A stretch of DNA of 64,000 bases from the human T2T-CHM13v2.0 reference genome, Homo sapiens: NCBI RefSeq assembly GCF_009914755.1, contig NC_060927.1; one strand, written 5' to 3'. Under the pieces are notes generated by a model that worked only from the letters and a program-made list of their open reading frames with translations, made no database searches and was not told the DNA's origin. The translations under genes and the position numbers were made by a program. The stretch's first letter is position 1, and every line of letters begins with the position of its first letter. Below are positions 1-12,589 of the stretch, one piece after another.

Positions 1-2098
1 ATTGTCTGTGTCTGACTGCTTCACTGACTGGCTGTTTCCGCATCTCTCTTCCTCTCCTGGGGCCTCCCTATTCCTTGAGAGACAATAATATCGAAATCTG
101 TTCAATTAATAACCCCACAGTGGCCTCTAAGTGTTCAAGTGAAAGGAAGAGTCACGTGTCTCTCTCTTTAAATAAAAAACTAGAAATGGGTAAGCTTAGT
201 GAGGAAGGCATGTCAAAATCCAAGACAGGCCAAAAGCTAGGCCTCTTGCACCAGTTAGCCAAGCTGTGAATGCAAAGTAGGAGTTCTTGAAGAAAATTAA
301 AAGTGTTATTCCAGTGAACACATGAACAATAAGGAAGTAAAATGGTCTTATTGCTGATATGAAGAAAATTTTAGTGGTCTGGGTAGTGGATCAAACCAGT
401 CACAACATTCCTTTAAGCCAAAGTCTAATCCAGAGCAAGGCCCTAACTCCCTTCAATTCTTTGAAGGCTGAAAGAGGTGAGGAAGCTGCAGAGGAAAAGT
501 TTGAAACTAGCAAGAGGTTGGTTCCTAAGACTGAGAGAAAGAAGGTGTCTCCATATGTAAAAGTACAAGGTAAAACAGCAAGTCTTGATGTAGCAGCTGC
601 AGCAAGTGGTCCAGAAGATTTAACTAAGACAATTAATGAAGGTGTCTACACTAAACAGCTCTCAGTGGAAATGAAACAGCCTCTTCTATTGGAAGAAGAT
701 GTCTTCTAGGACTTTAATAACTAGAGATAAGTCAATAACTGGATTCAAGGCTCCAAAGGAGAGGCTGTCTCTCTTATTAGGGGCTAACGCAGCTGGTGAC
801 TTTAAGTTGATGCCAATGCTCATTTGCTCTTCTGAAAATCCTAGGGCCTTTAAGGATTATGCTAACTCTACTTTGCCTGTGCTCTAGAAATGGAACAACA
901 AAGCATGGATGACAGCACGTCTGTTTACAGCATGGTTTACTGAATATTTCAAGCCCACTGTTCAGACCTACTGCTCAGAAAAAAAAGATTCCTTTCAAAA
1001 TATTACTCTTTATTGACAGTGCCCCTGGTCACCCTTCAAGAGCACTGATGGAGATGTATAAGGAAATTAATGTTTTCGTGCCTGCTAATACACATCTATT
1101 CTGTAGCCCATGGATCAAAGAGTAATTTCAAATTTCAAGTCTTATTTTTTAAGAAATACACTTTTTAAGACTATAGCTGCCATAGAGAGTGATTCATTTA
1201 TTGGATCTGGGCAAAGAAAATTGAAAACCTTCTGGAAAGAATTCACCATTCTAGATGTCATTAATAACATTCATGATTCATGGGAGAAGGTAAAAACATC
1301 AACATTAATGGAAGTTTGGAAGAAGTTGATTCAACCTTCTTGAATGACTTTTTGGGGTTCAAGACTTAGGTGGAGGATGTAACTGTAGATATGGTGGAAA
1401 TAGCAAGAGAACTGGAATTAGAAGTGGAGCCTGAAGATGTGACTGAATTGCTGCAATCTCATGATAAAATTTGAATGGATGAAGAGTTGCTTCATATGGA
1501 TGAGCACAGAAAGTGGTTTCTTGAGATGGAATCTGCTCCTGGTGAAGATGTTGTAAGCATTGTTGAAATGAAAACAAAGTATTTAGAATATTATATAAAC
1601 TTACTTGACAAAGCATCAGCAGGGTTTGCGAGAATTCACTTCAAATTTGAAAGTACTGAGATGGGATAAAATGCTATTAAACAGCCTCACTTGCTACAGA
1701 GAAATATCTCATGAAAGGAAGAGTCAATCAGTGAGGCAAACTTCATCGTTGTTTATTTTAAGAAATTGTCACAGCTATACCCCAACCTTCAACAACCACT
1801 ACCTTGATCAGTCAGCAGCCGCTCAGCTTGAGGTAAAGGCTCTCTACCAGCAAAAAGATTATGACTTGCTGAAGGCTCAGATGATCATTAGAATTTTTTA
1901 GCAATAAATTATTTTGAAATTAAGGCATGTACTTTTTTAGACATAATGCTATTGCACACTTGATAGACTACAGTATAGTGTAAACATAACTTTTATATGG
2001 ACTGGGAACCCAAAACTTCATGTGACTTGCTTTATTGCAATATTCACTTTATCGTGGTAGACTGGAGCCAAACCCACAATATCTCTGACGTAGGCCTG
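1..2098 (+). mobile_element. Tigger1 DNA transposon (TcMar-Tigger), near full length, left end outside window, transposase disrupted
   Basis: ORF fragments 75-1901 give pogo/Tigger transposase peptides ([37 protein letters not shown]). The right TIR-like end ...TCTGACGTAGGCCTG is followed by TA. Confidence 0.92.
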
Positions 2099-2780
2099 TA
2101 GTAGATGTTCCATAGTCACAAAGCATTTTTACAAAAAGAGGAACAGACAGACTAGATGGCCTGAATTATAGAGTTTACAACCAAAGAGTATCTAGTCCAA
2201 TATACTTACATTAAGGTAATAAAATTGAGGGCTAGTATGGCACATCTAGTTAGTGATAGAGTCAGGAATTCTTAGAATTCCTGATTTCCTATCCATCCTC
2301 TTTTGGCTACAACATATTGTCTTCTAGGTTCAGTCAAAACTTGAGTTCTCTGAGTATATGCACTCCAATTTTGGAAAAAATCTAGTGTTTAAACAGAATG
2401 AGATTCTATATTCCTAGTTATACTTAAATTGCCAAATTTTTTATCTAAATGACAATCTGATCATTTGCTAGTTTTCAATCTGTTTTACTGATTTCTGGTG
2501 CTCTGTGGAGTGAGGGGCAGTTTGCACATTTGCTATTTCAAAGAGAGCAGCTCTTTTCCTGCCTTTTCTTTTATCGGCAGAAAGACTTTGTCAGCAAAAT
2601 AAAGCTTGAGCCATCGGCGCTATAGCCTACCACAAAAACATTAAAGCCCAGGGAGGTAAAGAGACTTGTCCTGATTCTAGTCCAATTCAATCAGAACAAG
2701 GATACCATCAATTCACATTTTAACTTTAACATTCATTTGGGAAAAAACAAAATAAACAAATCTCTCTCATATGTCTATAT

Positions 2781-2997
2781 CAGTGGCCTGCAAACTACAG
2801 CCCACAGGCCAAATCTGATTCATCACCTGATTTTGTAGATAATGTTTTATTAGAATACAGCCACACCCACTTGTTTACCTATTGTCTAAGGCTGCTTTTG
2901 TGCTGCAACAGTGGAGTTGACTAGCTGCAACTGAGGCCATGTAGTGCACAAAGCCTATTTACTATCCGGCCCTCTAAGAAATGTTTGCCAACCCCTG
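2781..2997 (+). mobile_element. MER58A-like hAT-Charlie MITE
   Basis: CAG...GCAAACTACAGCCCACAGGCCAAATCTG start, TTTGCCAACCCCTG end; 8-bp TSD GTCTATAT/GTCTATAA. Confidence 0.85.
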
Positions 2998-3270
2998 GTC
3001 TATAAAATAAACAGAATACCAGGGAATATATTCATTCAGCCAACCAGTTGTTAGATCTATACATTAACAACCAGTGTGACAGATCTCTTCCCACCCACTC
3101 CACCCCAGTAGTCCATGGATTAACTGTGTTCTGTCCCATCATTTGAGTTTTGCAGCGACACAATTTGATTAATTAAAAGTTTTAGGATATATGTTCAAGC
3201 CAAGTTATGCAATGTCATTGGATATTTATTAAATTACCTTTCGAAAGCAGCACTAAGAAAATGAACTTAC

Positions 3271-3445
3271 CTGTATTGGTAGACCTCACAATACCAAGGC
3301 TGCTGCTTCACATAGAGAAATGCACTGATCTGCACAATGCAGGAGAAACAGGAATTCAAAAATATTGAAAGCAGTAAAGGGGGAGAAAGGAGCTGTCCTG
3401 CTGGTCTATATGGAGCCAGCTTTGGGTAGGCATGAGTTGAACTCA
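3271..3445 (-). CDS. ATP13A5: ATP13A5 coding exon (~exon 26), 175 nt, SSTHAYPKLAPYRPAGQLLSPPLLLSIFLN...KQQPWYCEVYQY(S) (TM7)
   Basis: tcag|TGAGT acceptor, CAG|gtaagt donor; phase 1 to 2. Confidence 0.94.
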
Positions 3446-4753
3446 CTGAAAGACAAATACATTTTTTTCCTATTACAATCTTATCATTGAGAATAAAAGG
3501 TTGAGATTGAGATGCATATTATCTTGAGTCTGGCATTGGGATTCAGACTAAGCAAACACGAACAGAAGATTTACACCTAGGTAAGCACATTGCCTGGTGG
3601 CACATCCAGTTCCACCAGCCTTTGTCTCTTCCATGCTCTGTCTTCACCTTCAGAAATAAAAAAGTGGGTTAGGAAGTTTTGTAATTAATATATTTACCAT
3701 ATCGCATGGTGCAACTATTTCCTCCATAACCAGACTGACCAGAAATTGTGTGTAAAAGAGGGAAATGGCCTTGCTCGTGGGATAAGCAACACTAATATTG
3801 TGTCTCAGTGATGACAGGAAAGTGGAGAGTTAGAATGAGGAGAATAAGGAGGAATATAGCCAGATTCATCTTCATATGCTGGATAATTTAAAAAAAACAC
3901 TCACTCTATTATTCATTCAGCCAACTTTCTCTGAGCATGTCAATGAGCCAGGCACTGTGATAGATGCTAGAGATGCATTAAGTATCTCTCTGGATACACA
4001 GGTGAATGGGGGACTGCTGATGTATGTTACATTAAGAAAAAGAACTCATGAAAAATATTGCTTCTAGATGAGAGTGTTAAACTATATTGTATTTTTGATT
4101 TCAGGGCTTTTTTAAATTTAAAGCGTTTGGAAATGGGCAGAAATTAAAAAGAACAACTATTTTAAAAAGACGACTACATCCTTAGTAGCTACATATATGA
4201 ACATGCTGATGAAAATGAAATGTATTTGCTTCTCAAGGCAGAGCAGGAAGGAAGCATGAGGAGGACAGGAATTTGAATTTAAAGACTGATATTGTAGTCA
4301 TGTTTCAGTTCCTGTCTTCATACCTGTCACCTCTTCCCTTCTCACAGCTTATCACTGGTTTGTTTGATGTAAGGGAAGAAGTGGGGTGTGCATATTTAAG
4401 TTTGTATTTATGAGTGTACAGGTAGAGTAGTGGTAAATGAGTGTCCAATGTGGGATGATAAAACTCTATAGTATTTCTTTGCTTTGTTCAATATGTGTTC
4501 TGGGGTAATCATGTAAACTCCTTGGTCCTTCATTTTCTCACATATAAAATGTGTTGGAATGCCTAAATGGTACCCAAAGGCCCTTTCAACTCTTTTATTC
4601 TAAAGCTCTATGACTAAGTCTTTACCTATACCAGATCAATCAATGTTTTCCCGGCAGGGTGCTGGGCTAGAGTCTGTGGGGTATGCAGAGATGAGAAGGA
4701 CATTCCACCTGCCTTCAAAGAGTTTGAAGTCCATGAAAGACACAGACAGATTG

Positions 4754-5517
4754 TGTAATAAAGAAGCTGGCTGGCTTTTCCTGGGATGTATCCTCTAAAT
4801 CTTTGAAATGCCCTCAGTGATAGGAGTATTTTTCTTATGCACGGTGGGCTTTGAGAGTTTATGCTAACAAGATGACTCATGGTGGGAATGAGGAGCGTTT
4901 GTGTTAAGATGACTCAGGAAGGGTCCTGCCAACGCCCAAAAGACCATCTGTGATTAGAGGGTTGGAACTTTGATCCACAGGATATCAGCCTGACCTCCAG
5001 ATAGGGGAGTGGGGTTAGAGACTAAGTTTGACCTCACAGCCAATGATTCAATCAATCATGTCTACATAATGAAACCCTAATAAAAACTCCAGACACCGAA
5101 GCTCAGTTGAGCTTCCCTGGTTGGTAGTACTCTGCATATTGTCACCCATCGATGTGCCAAGAGGGTGAGGCATCCTGACTTCACAGGGAAAGGACAATGG
5201 AAGTGTCTCTCTTGTTTGAGACCCCTAATAGACCTTACCCTAGGTGTCTCTTCCTTTGGCTGGTTCTGATTTTTGTCTTTTTGCTATAATAAAACTGCAA
5301 TCATAAGTATAACACTTTCCTGAGTTCTGTAAATTGTAGCAAATTGTTGAACCCAAGGGAGTAATGGGAACTCCTAAGTTTGTAGCCAACTAATCAGAAG
5401 TTCAGGTGGTATCGAGAGCCCCACACCTGTGGCTGGTGTCTGAAGTGAGGGCATTCTTGTGGAGGCTTTACCCTTAATCTGTAAAGTTTGGCCTAATTCT
5501 GGGTGGTTGGTGTCAGA
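4754..5517 (+). mobile_element. MER21-family solo LTR (ERVL-related)
   Basis: Recognisable MER21 segments (GATTAGAGGGTTGGAACTTT, GCCAATGATTCAATCAATCATG, GGTGTCTGAAGTGAGGGC, TGGTGTCAGA); boundaries approximate. Confidence 0.7.
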
Positions 5518-5801
5518 AGCCATTGCTTGGGTCCACGAAGAAGGGGTACACAGTGTGGACTGTGATCAGGGCTCAGGAGAAGTGCAAGGAAATTGTGCTT
5601 TCAGGTCACAGAAGGCAGAGGCTTTAGTGCTTGGAGTTCTCTCTGTATTCCAGTATCCAAAGCAGAATGTAGCTATAAATTCATAAAGAGGCTGCAGGTA
5701 GTGGAGAGAGTAAAATTGCTTCTCTGTGCATCTGGCTTCTACCTCTTTGGTCTTCTCTCTCATGCTCATTGTAGTTTCTTGCCTTTCTTTTACACAGTAA
5801 C

Positions 5802-6232
5802 TGTGGTAGACTGAATTGCTGGCTTCAGAGTGGTGGGGTGTATTTTGTCATCCCTTAATTTTGGGCTTCCCTGTGTGACTTTCTCTGGCCAAAGAGATGT
5901 TAGCATAGACTTCAAGCATGCTTGCACAGCCGGGCTTGCCCTGTGGCTCTGCTTTTTGTGACTCACAATGAGAAAATACCAAATCTGTCCGTTCAACCTG
6001 GCCTCAGAATGAAAAATGTGGAGTAGACCTGAATCAAATCCAAAAGCATTAACCAAGATCAACTGATCTACATACTAGAGCGGACTGGCTCAGCTGAGCT
6101 GACCTAGATCAGCTAAATGACAATCAACTTACAAACCCATGAATGGGGAGAATAACTGCCTGATGGTATAAATGCTGAGTTTTGGGGGTGGGTTGTTATG
6201 CAGCATTATTGAGGCAATACCTAATGCATACA
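5802..6232 (+). mobile_element. MLT1-family MaLR solo LTR (old, MLT1H/J-like)
   Basis: TGTGGTAGACTG start and TTTTGGGGGTGGGTTGTTATGCAGCATTATTG...ATACA end typical of MLT1. Confidence 0.7.
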
Positions 6233-6339
6233 GGGTTCTTATGCAGAATATTCTGACTTTTTCCATGTTAGAGACTCTTACTACTTCTGACAGAGAATCT
6301 GTATACCTGATTATAAATAAAATAATTTTATAGCTACCA

Positions 6340-6550
6340 TTGTAGGACATCTGTTAGGTTCCAGAGGCTCTAATAAGTGTTTATAAACATGATTTTTATT
6401 TCCTTGAAAGCAAAGTAGGTAAATTTTACAGGTGAAGAAACTGAGGCTCAGAAAAGTAGTTTCCTTTGCTTAAAGACCCACAGTTAGTGAGTGACAGCAT
6501 GGCACTGGAAACCCCAGTATTTCTGATTGTGAAGCCCTATGTTCTCCACT
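6340..6550 (-). mobile_element. MIR SINE
   Basis: Core TTTTACAGGTGAAGAAACTGAGGCTCAGAAAAGT. Confidence 0.7.
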
Positions 6551-8083
6551 CTACAGCATATTGCAGTATGATGCATCTCAAAAATTAAAAGAACAAAATG
6601 GCAAGCCCTGCAATACAAGCTTGGACAGTAGTACCATTTATGAGGATCCCCCCATAAAACTTTTCTGCATTATCTGGGTTTCCTTAAAATGATGATGATA
6701 TATGCTATCAGATTGCATTCAGAGGAATACTAACTTCTGAAGTGTTATATGGTATTCAAAATTAATCATTCTCCCTTCTGAGTTCCCACAACACATTACT
6801 CACATTGCTGCTATAGTGCAGGGTGTCTTGCATTAAATCTAGTTGTTTACATCTGCACTCAGCAGACTGTGAGCTCCCTGAAGGAAGAAATCCTGTCTCA
6901 TTCCACATTCTGTTTCTTACTAAACCCAGCACAGGATCTATTGCATGGGAAGACTTCGCAGTTTCAAATTCTATTCTTATAGTTTTTAATTATTTGGCAT
7001 CATTTGGCTATCTCGTAGTTGTGTTTCTCCTAAGTAGTTGGTTTACTTTTTATTCCAAACACTGAAAATCATATAAGACAAATTTCAGGAGGTTCATGAA
7101 CCCACCTAAACTACATGCAGAATTTCAAATGGGTATCATGAGATTTCTAAGATGAAATGGTTTGTATTTTCCATCAGATTATTTAAGGGGACCAAGACCC
7201 AGAAAAGATTAGGAGTCATTGAAACACAGATGGGGTGTACGAGATGCACTTCTATAATGGGTGAGTCCCTCCTGCACCTCCTTCTCTGGATACTGCCTTC
7301 TCCTAGGGGCTGGAATGGCTGGCCTAAATGGATCTGAATTTCACGATCCCACCTTCATTCAGAGAAATGAGGGGCCTAGAGGTGGGCATCTAACCCACGT
7401 CAGGTCGATAAATTTTCTCTTCAAAATATTTGCAAATAGGACAATGAAAGGCTGAGCTCATTAGCTATAAGAAAACAAACATAAAGGCTGCAAAGCCCCA
7501 GTCCTAGTGTCATTTTATGAGGTCAGCTGTAGGGTGAATAAATGGAAGACAGATGGAAACAGTAAGAATGGAAAGAAGAAGAGACACAAGGTGGCCACCT
7601 GGAAATAAAGAAAGTGACCTCCATTTTTATCCTTTAGTGTTCTAGTCATCCTCAGATCCAGGTGCTTCCAAGTTCCTGTTCTTAGATTTTTTTGAGAATT
7701 ATGTTCTTAAACAAACCCTCCCTCTATTTTCTTGATCTAGTTTGAGGAGTTCTTGTTGAAGAGGACAGAGATGTGGCAAAACAAGCTCCTTAAAAATGCC
7801 GCTACACAAAATAGAGTCAAATTGGACTTCCAGACATGCATTGCCTGATCAACATCCCTCCTCACTTCATCTTATTTCTCTTTTAGATTTTCTCTGTAAT
7901 GTATTATATTTTGTCTCTGTACATTGCCTTAAAACCTTGTGGGAACAAGGCAGGGTGTGTATAGATAAATAAGTAAATAAATCAAATATGTGATGGTATT
8001 GTCTCTTCCCAGAACCAAGTCAGAGTTAAGGCCAAAAGCCTTAACCTGGAAACCTGGAAATGTAAGAAGCCGTAATGAGAATA

Positions 8084-8456
8084 CAGATACTCTTTGATTT
8101 ACAATGGGGTTACATTCTGATAAGCCCATTGTAAATTGAAAACATTTTTCAGTTGAAAATACATTTATGCTGTACACCTAACTTACCGAATACCATAGTT
8201 TAGCCTAGCCTAGCTCAAACATGCTCACAACGCTTAAGTAGGCTACAATTGAACAAAATCATCTAGCAACACAGTACAATGTAAAGTGTCTGTTGTTTAA
8301 CCTCATTATTGCTTGGCTGGCTGAGAGCTGCAGCGTGCTGCCACTGCCCAGCATCCTAAGAGAGTATCATGCCACTTTCTTCTGAATATGCATCACTTTC
8401 GCACCATTGTAAAGTCAAAAACCATAAGTCAAACCATCATAAATCGGGGACATCTG
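8084..8456 (+). mobile_element. MER47-family (Tigger-derived) MITE
   Basis: TA-flanked; TIR-like ends CAGATACTCTTTGATTTACAATGG and CCATCATAAATCGGGGACATCTG. Confidence 0.8.
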
Positions 8457-9738
8457 TAATTTTACATTGATCATCAATTGTTGATGACTCCTAAGGGCTG
8501 CAGATAAATGTCCACAGTTCTCAGACCAGCAGTCAAGATTCTCTGTGATTTGACCCAATTCACTTTTTCAATTTTTCAATAAAAGATTTCACATACGCTG
8601 CAGTGTGGTCACATTAAAAGCTCATACCCCATATTTATCAGCTTTCTCTTGCTCATGCTGCTTCCTTCTACTTGAAATGCTCTTCTTTTAGCAAAAGATA
8701 TTTGAAACTTATCCAACTTTCCTATTTTGATGTGAATGCTACTGCTTTCATGCCTCCATGCCTAGTATCTTTCTCCTTTCTCCACTGCTATCTCCTCCTT
8801 AACCCCAGATTATCGGAAGCCATCTCTTCTTCCTCTGGACTCCCAAAGCATCTGCTGTTTTCTGCTACTCACTACTTTCAACTTGCATCTTATTTGTTCA
8901 TGTATGTGAATCCCCCACTGAACTCTGAACTTGAACAATCAGCCTTCTCATGCCTCAGGAACCTACGTGGCTAATATACAGTGAGAGATGAACACTTGTA
9001 TAAGGGAATGTTGAATGGTGCTTCTCTTGTCTAGAAAATTGTGCCGAGCCTTATATGTGAGGACAGTGAATTGCAAGTGCCAATTTATTGTGAAGAGAGA
9101 TTATCGCCATATCTCCATAGTGTCTAGCAAGAGAGATCCATATTGGTTATTTAACTATAAGCATGTCTGTTCCTGCCTCATTCGCTGCATGCTGTCTGTA
9201 CAAGATAAAACTTATGGAGATTATCAAGCAATTCTTTAAAGGCAATTGTTAGGAGCAATGTAAACTGGTTTTCTTCTCAGCATCACCACAACCCCATGAG
9301 GGGAAGTCATAAGAGCCACTGTTAGAGAGACTGGAAGTGGTTTTAAGAGAGGATATTGGCCTTGCTCACTCCCCTTCATGGTAATAGCAGAGGGAAAGGG
9401 CAGGCAGCAGCGAGAGCAAGCTATTTACTGTCTGGTAGGTTAAGTAGAAGCCATGGAAATTAGCCAGGCTAGAGCTAGCTATCCTGGAAGGAGTTTATGA
9501 ATGTGGCAGCCTGCTGGGGGTTGGAGGGCCCAGTAGTAGAAAAGGGCTTCATGGTATGTACCACTAGGAGGCAGCTGCAGAAAGGAATCCTGAGAAGTCA
9601 GAGGGAGAGAGCACCACTATGTCAGGGTGTGGTCTAGTCCATACCTATCCACAGGGAAGCTCTGATGAATTCACCAATGAACCCCGTGCCTATTGCCTAA
9701 ATGTGGGTGTTGCCATGTTTGAGGGCATTTGACAGGAT

Positions 9739-10530
9739 ATTTTTGTGTAAGGTGTAAGGAAGGGGTCCAGTTTCAATTTTCTGCATATGGCTAGCCAGTT
9801 CTCCCAGCACCACTTATTAAATAGGGAATCCTTTCCCCGTTGCTTGTTTTTGTCAGGTTTGTCAGAGATCAGATGGTTGTACATGTGCGGTCTTATTTCT
9901 GAGTTCTCTATTCTGTTCCACTGGTCTCTGTGTCTGTTTTTGTATCAGTACCATGCTGTTTTGGTTACTGTTGCTTTGTAGTATAGTTTGAAGTCAGGTA
10001 GCATGATGCCTCCAGCTTTGTTCTTTTTGCTTATGATTGTCTTGGCTATTCGTGCTCTTTTTTTTTGTTTCATATGAATTTTAAAATAGTTTCTTCTAAT
10101 TCTGTGAAGAATATTAATGGTAGTTTAATGGGAATAGTATTGAATCTGTAAATTACTTTGGGCAGTATGGCCATTTTCATGATATTGATTCTTCCTATCC
10201 ATGAGCATGGAGTGTTTTTCCATTTGTTCCTCAGCAAACTAATGCAAGAACAGAAAACCAAGCACTGCATATTCTCACTTATAAGTGGAGCTGAACAGTG
10301 GGAACACATGGACACATAGTGGGAGACAAAACACGCTGGGGCCTGTTGGGAAGGGCAAGGAGGAAGGAGAGCATCAGGAAGAATAGCTAATGGATGCTGG
10401 GCTTAATACCTAGGTGATGGGTTGAACTGTGCAGCAAACCACTATGGCACATGTTTACCTATGTGACAAACCTGCACATCCTGCACATGTACCCTGGAAC
10501 TTAAAATTTGCAGCAGAAAAAAGAACACAA
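9739..10530 (+). mobile_element. 5'-inverted truncated L1 (older L1PA): inverted ORF2 piece 9739-10228 (-) plus sense 3' end 10228-10530 (+)
   Basis: Minus-strand peptides [16 protein letters not shown]...[12 protein letters not shown], followed directly by plus-strand L1 3'UTR (CTCAGCAAACTAATGCAAGAACAG...GTACCCTGGAACTTAAAA) and an A-rich tail. Confidence 0.88.
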
Positions 10531-12516
10531 AAATCATAAAAATAAGTCCTTTCTTCTTGTTGCTCTTCTTCCCCAGAAACAGGGGTGGAGAGTAGGTGAC
10601 TCAAGGGAAGTGAAGAAGAGACCATGGCCTTCTCGTCTACTGCTTGCCCCAAGCCCATAGTTCAGGCTTAATGTAAGGGAAGAAAAGCTTTGAATCAGAT
10701 GAAAATGTGAAGTAATAATTATAATACCTGGACTTTTCATGTCTAAGGATAAGATCATCTTAATACCTAGACTTGACCAGGAAATGACTAGCCTGTGGGA
10801 TGAGTAAGTTTGCAGAGACGGGAAAACAATAGGATGTTTGCAGGTAGAGGGTAAAAAACAAACTAACAAACATAGCTGGTTTCTGCCTCTACTCTCTCCT
10901 TCACCAATCTCCCTGAGTTTAGCCCATTTACTAGCTACAGTCTGCTGAGTAATAATTAAAGTGCCGTCACTCTGATAGAATGTTATGCTTCTGGTCTATC
11001 GTCACCCTTCTGAGGTTTTTTTTCTCCTAGTGGTAATAACGGTCCCACTGTGAGTCATCCCAGCACTCCCATAGAGCCCATTCTGAGATGCGAGACTGAG
11101 TTTCCCAGGGCTACCAACTGGCATGAGGCTCAACAGGCTATTGCTGTGGGAAAGATTTAAGCAGCCCCATTACCACATAACTAATATCATGGAATTAAGT
11201 GTGCAAAAGCTCCAAATAACTTGCTCAGTGTCATATAGTAAGTCGGAGGCAAGACTAGAACTAGGAAGATCATCCATGTTTTTGGATTTCTAATGACACT
11301 GGTCTATCTGTACACATTCTAAGGCTCTTCAAGTGCTCAGAGAGCTAGTCAGTCTTCTCAAAAGAGGAAAAGGAGGAGATATGATTCATGTTGTAATGAG
11401 TGCTCAGTGTGTCCTGTGCTGTGATGCACACTTCACCAGCATCATTGTATCTGATCCTCACAATTCTATGAGGACAGTTAGCCAGAGGTCACGAAAACAG
11501 GCCACAATAGCCATGGCCTTCACCTCCATGCTGCTGCCTGAAAGCTTGGTTCTTGAAACCTCTTGGTGTTTTTTTTCTCTTTTTAGTATCATTCACAAAT
11601 AAATCATGCAAATTGCTTAAAATATCCAGTGCTGTAGAAGCAATTTCATTGATTCAAAATTATTCAGTCATATGAATATTAATAACATGTAGAAAAATAT
11701 TTTAATGAACTATGAATAGACATTTCAACCCTAAGAATCAAAATTGATGTTTTAGTGCTTATAGCTCTGATACTGATAAATTCAGTCATTGGGTTGATAC
11801 ATAAAACATATCAGTTTTATGTACTAAGGTGCTACATGAAATTCTCAAGGTTATTAATATCCTACATTGCCTGATGTTTTATCTGTTATTTTTCATAACA
11901 TGCCTATTGTTGAGCAAGGAAAAAGAGATGACAATGCCATTCTTTTTCCTTGCTCTCTGGTGAGGCAGTCAACTTTATCACTTATTAAGAGTCAGCATCA
12001 AGTCCTGAGCTCCTTGATAGGAAATACTTTACCAGTGTCATCTCAAAGGAAGGACATGAGCAATAGCTGCTGTTGGAAGCCACACCTTGCTTTTGGAGAA
12101 TTCTACTAAAATAAAATGTTAGCATTTGTTCTCACACATCAAAGACCTAGAAAAAAATCTGGTTTCACGTCAATGTGAAGCATAGCTGAATAATGGAAAG
12201 TGACCTTTGGGTTTTAAAAAATTCCCTTTCTAGGTTTTGTATTCATTTTTCTATGTACAAGACATAAAACTACAAAGAACTTGGACTACGTTGACAGTTT
12301 TTTGTGACTAAGACCTATTTGTTGTCAGAATGTTTTAATGCCAAGTCTCAGGATTTCAACTCTCAACTTACTCCCAATATCACTTTTAAAAAATTGTAAA
12401 TAATGAGGTTTTGGAAATAAGGGTGCCTCTTTCTCAAAAGTTCCTTTTTGTGTGACTGTTTCTAGAATTTCATAGATAAATAAAAACAATATAGTTTTCT
12501 TTGCTAAAGAGCTTAC

Positions 12517-12589
12517 TTGTTAAACAGACCATCAAAGTAATGGCTACATCTTGCATGAGATACTGGTAATTTCCAAAGAGTTGTAGTTG
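12517..12589 (-). CDS. ATP13A5: ATP13A5 coding exon (~exon 25), 73 nt, QLQLFGNYQYLMQDVAITLMVCLT(M) (TM6)
   Basis: tcag|CAACT acceptor, CAA|gtaagc donor; phase 0 to 1. Confidence 0.94.

Noticed and set aside
75-1901. Cluster of plus-strand ORFs resembling a transposase (possible domesticated TIGD-like gene)
   Set aside because: Broken by many stops and frameshifts; a fossil Tigger1.
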